From NCBI RefSeq assembly GCF_004010195.1, contig NC_057720.1, positions 5,470,438-5,490,437 on the forward strand: a DNA stretch of 20,000 nt, read 5' to 3'. The notes beneath the pieces were generated by a model. The model was not told the DNA's origin. It saw only the letters and a list, made by a program, of their open reading frames with translations, and searched no databases. Positions 19,501-20,000 of the stretch are shown one piece after another. Source of the DNA: Chiloscyllium plagiosum. Lineage: Eukaryota. The position numbers and the translations under genes are program-made. Positions within the stretch are counted from its first letter, which is position 1. The number at the start of each line of letters is the position of its first letter.

Positions 19501-20000
19501 TGACAATAGACAATAGACAATAGGTGCAGGAGTAGGCCATTCTGCCCTTCGAGCCTGCACCACCATTCATTATGATCATGGCTGATCATCCTCAATCAGT
19601 ATCCTGTTCCTGCCTTATCTCCATAACCCTTGATTCCACTATCCTTGAGAGCTCTACCCAACTCTTTCTTAAATGAACCCAGAGACTGGGCCTCCACTGC
19701 CCTCTGGGGCAGAGCATTCCACACAGCCACCACTCTCTGAGTGAAGACGTTTCTCCTCATCTCTGTCCTAAATGATCTACCCCGTATTTTTAAGCTGTGT
19801 CCTCTGGTTCAGCACTCGCCCATCAGCGGAAACATGTTTCCTGCCTCCAGAATGTCCAACCCTTTAATAATCTTATATGTCTCAATCAGATCCCCTCTCA
19901 GACTTTTAAACTCAAAAGGTATACAAGCCCAGTCGCTCCAGTCTTTCAATGTAAGGTAATCCCGCCATTCCAGGAATTGACCTCGTGAACCTACGCAGCA
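19501..20000 (-). mobile_element. CR1 LINE of another subfamily, running off the window
   Basis: (GACAATA)n tail, GCAGGAGTAGGCCATTCTGCCCTTCGAGCCTGCACC, and antisense ORF2 motifs (GCATTCCACACAGCCACCACTCTCTGAGTGAAGA). Confidence 0.92.

Overview
Vertebrate non-coding DNA dominated by repeats. The repeat content (CR1-clade LINEs with HER1/HE1-type tails, Deu-domain SINEs, Penelope-type tails) suggests a cartilaginous fish, probably a shark; this is inferred from my recognition of the families, not from a search. I recognise no host protein-coding gene; there are only low-confidence exon candidates. The window holds about 15 CR1 LINE fragments, several SINEs, a 1.45-kb 27/44-bp minisatellite, nested Tc1/mariner-type elements, a tRNA-Asp pseudogene and a 211-N gap. 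The most notable signal is a set of about 9 short Penelope-like elements carrying minimal hammerhead-ribozyme motifs (CUGANGA-stem II-GAAA-C/G-UH). Six are 80-100-bp units flanked by target-site duplications (TSDs), and each has one end within or just beside the ribozyme. Two others are fold-back hairpins, and one of these contains a copy of DNA from 2.1 kb upstream.
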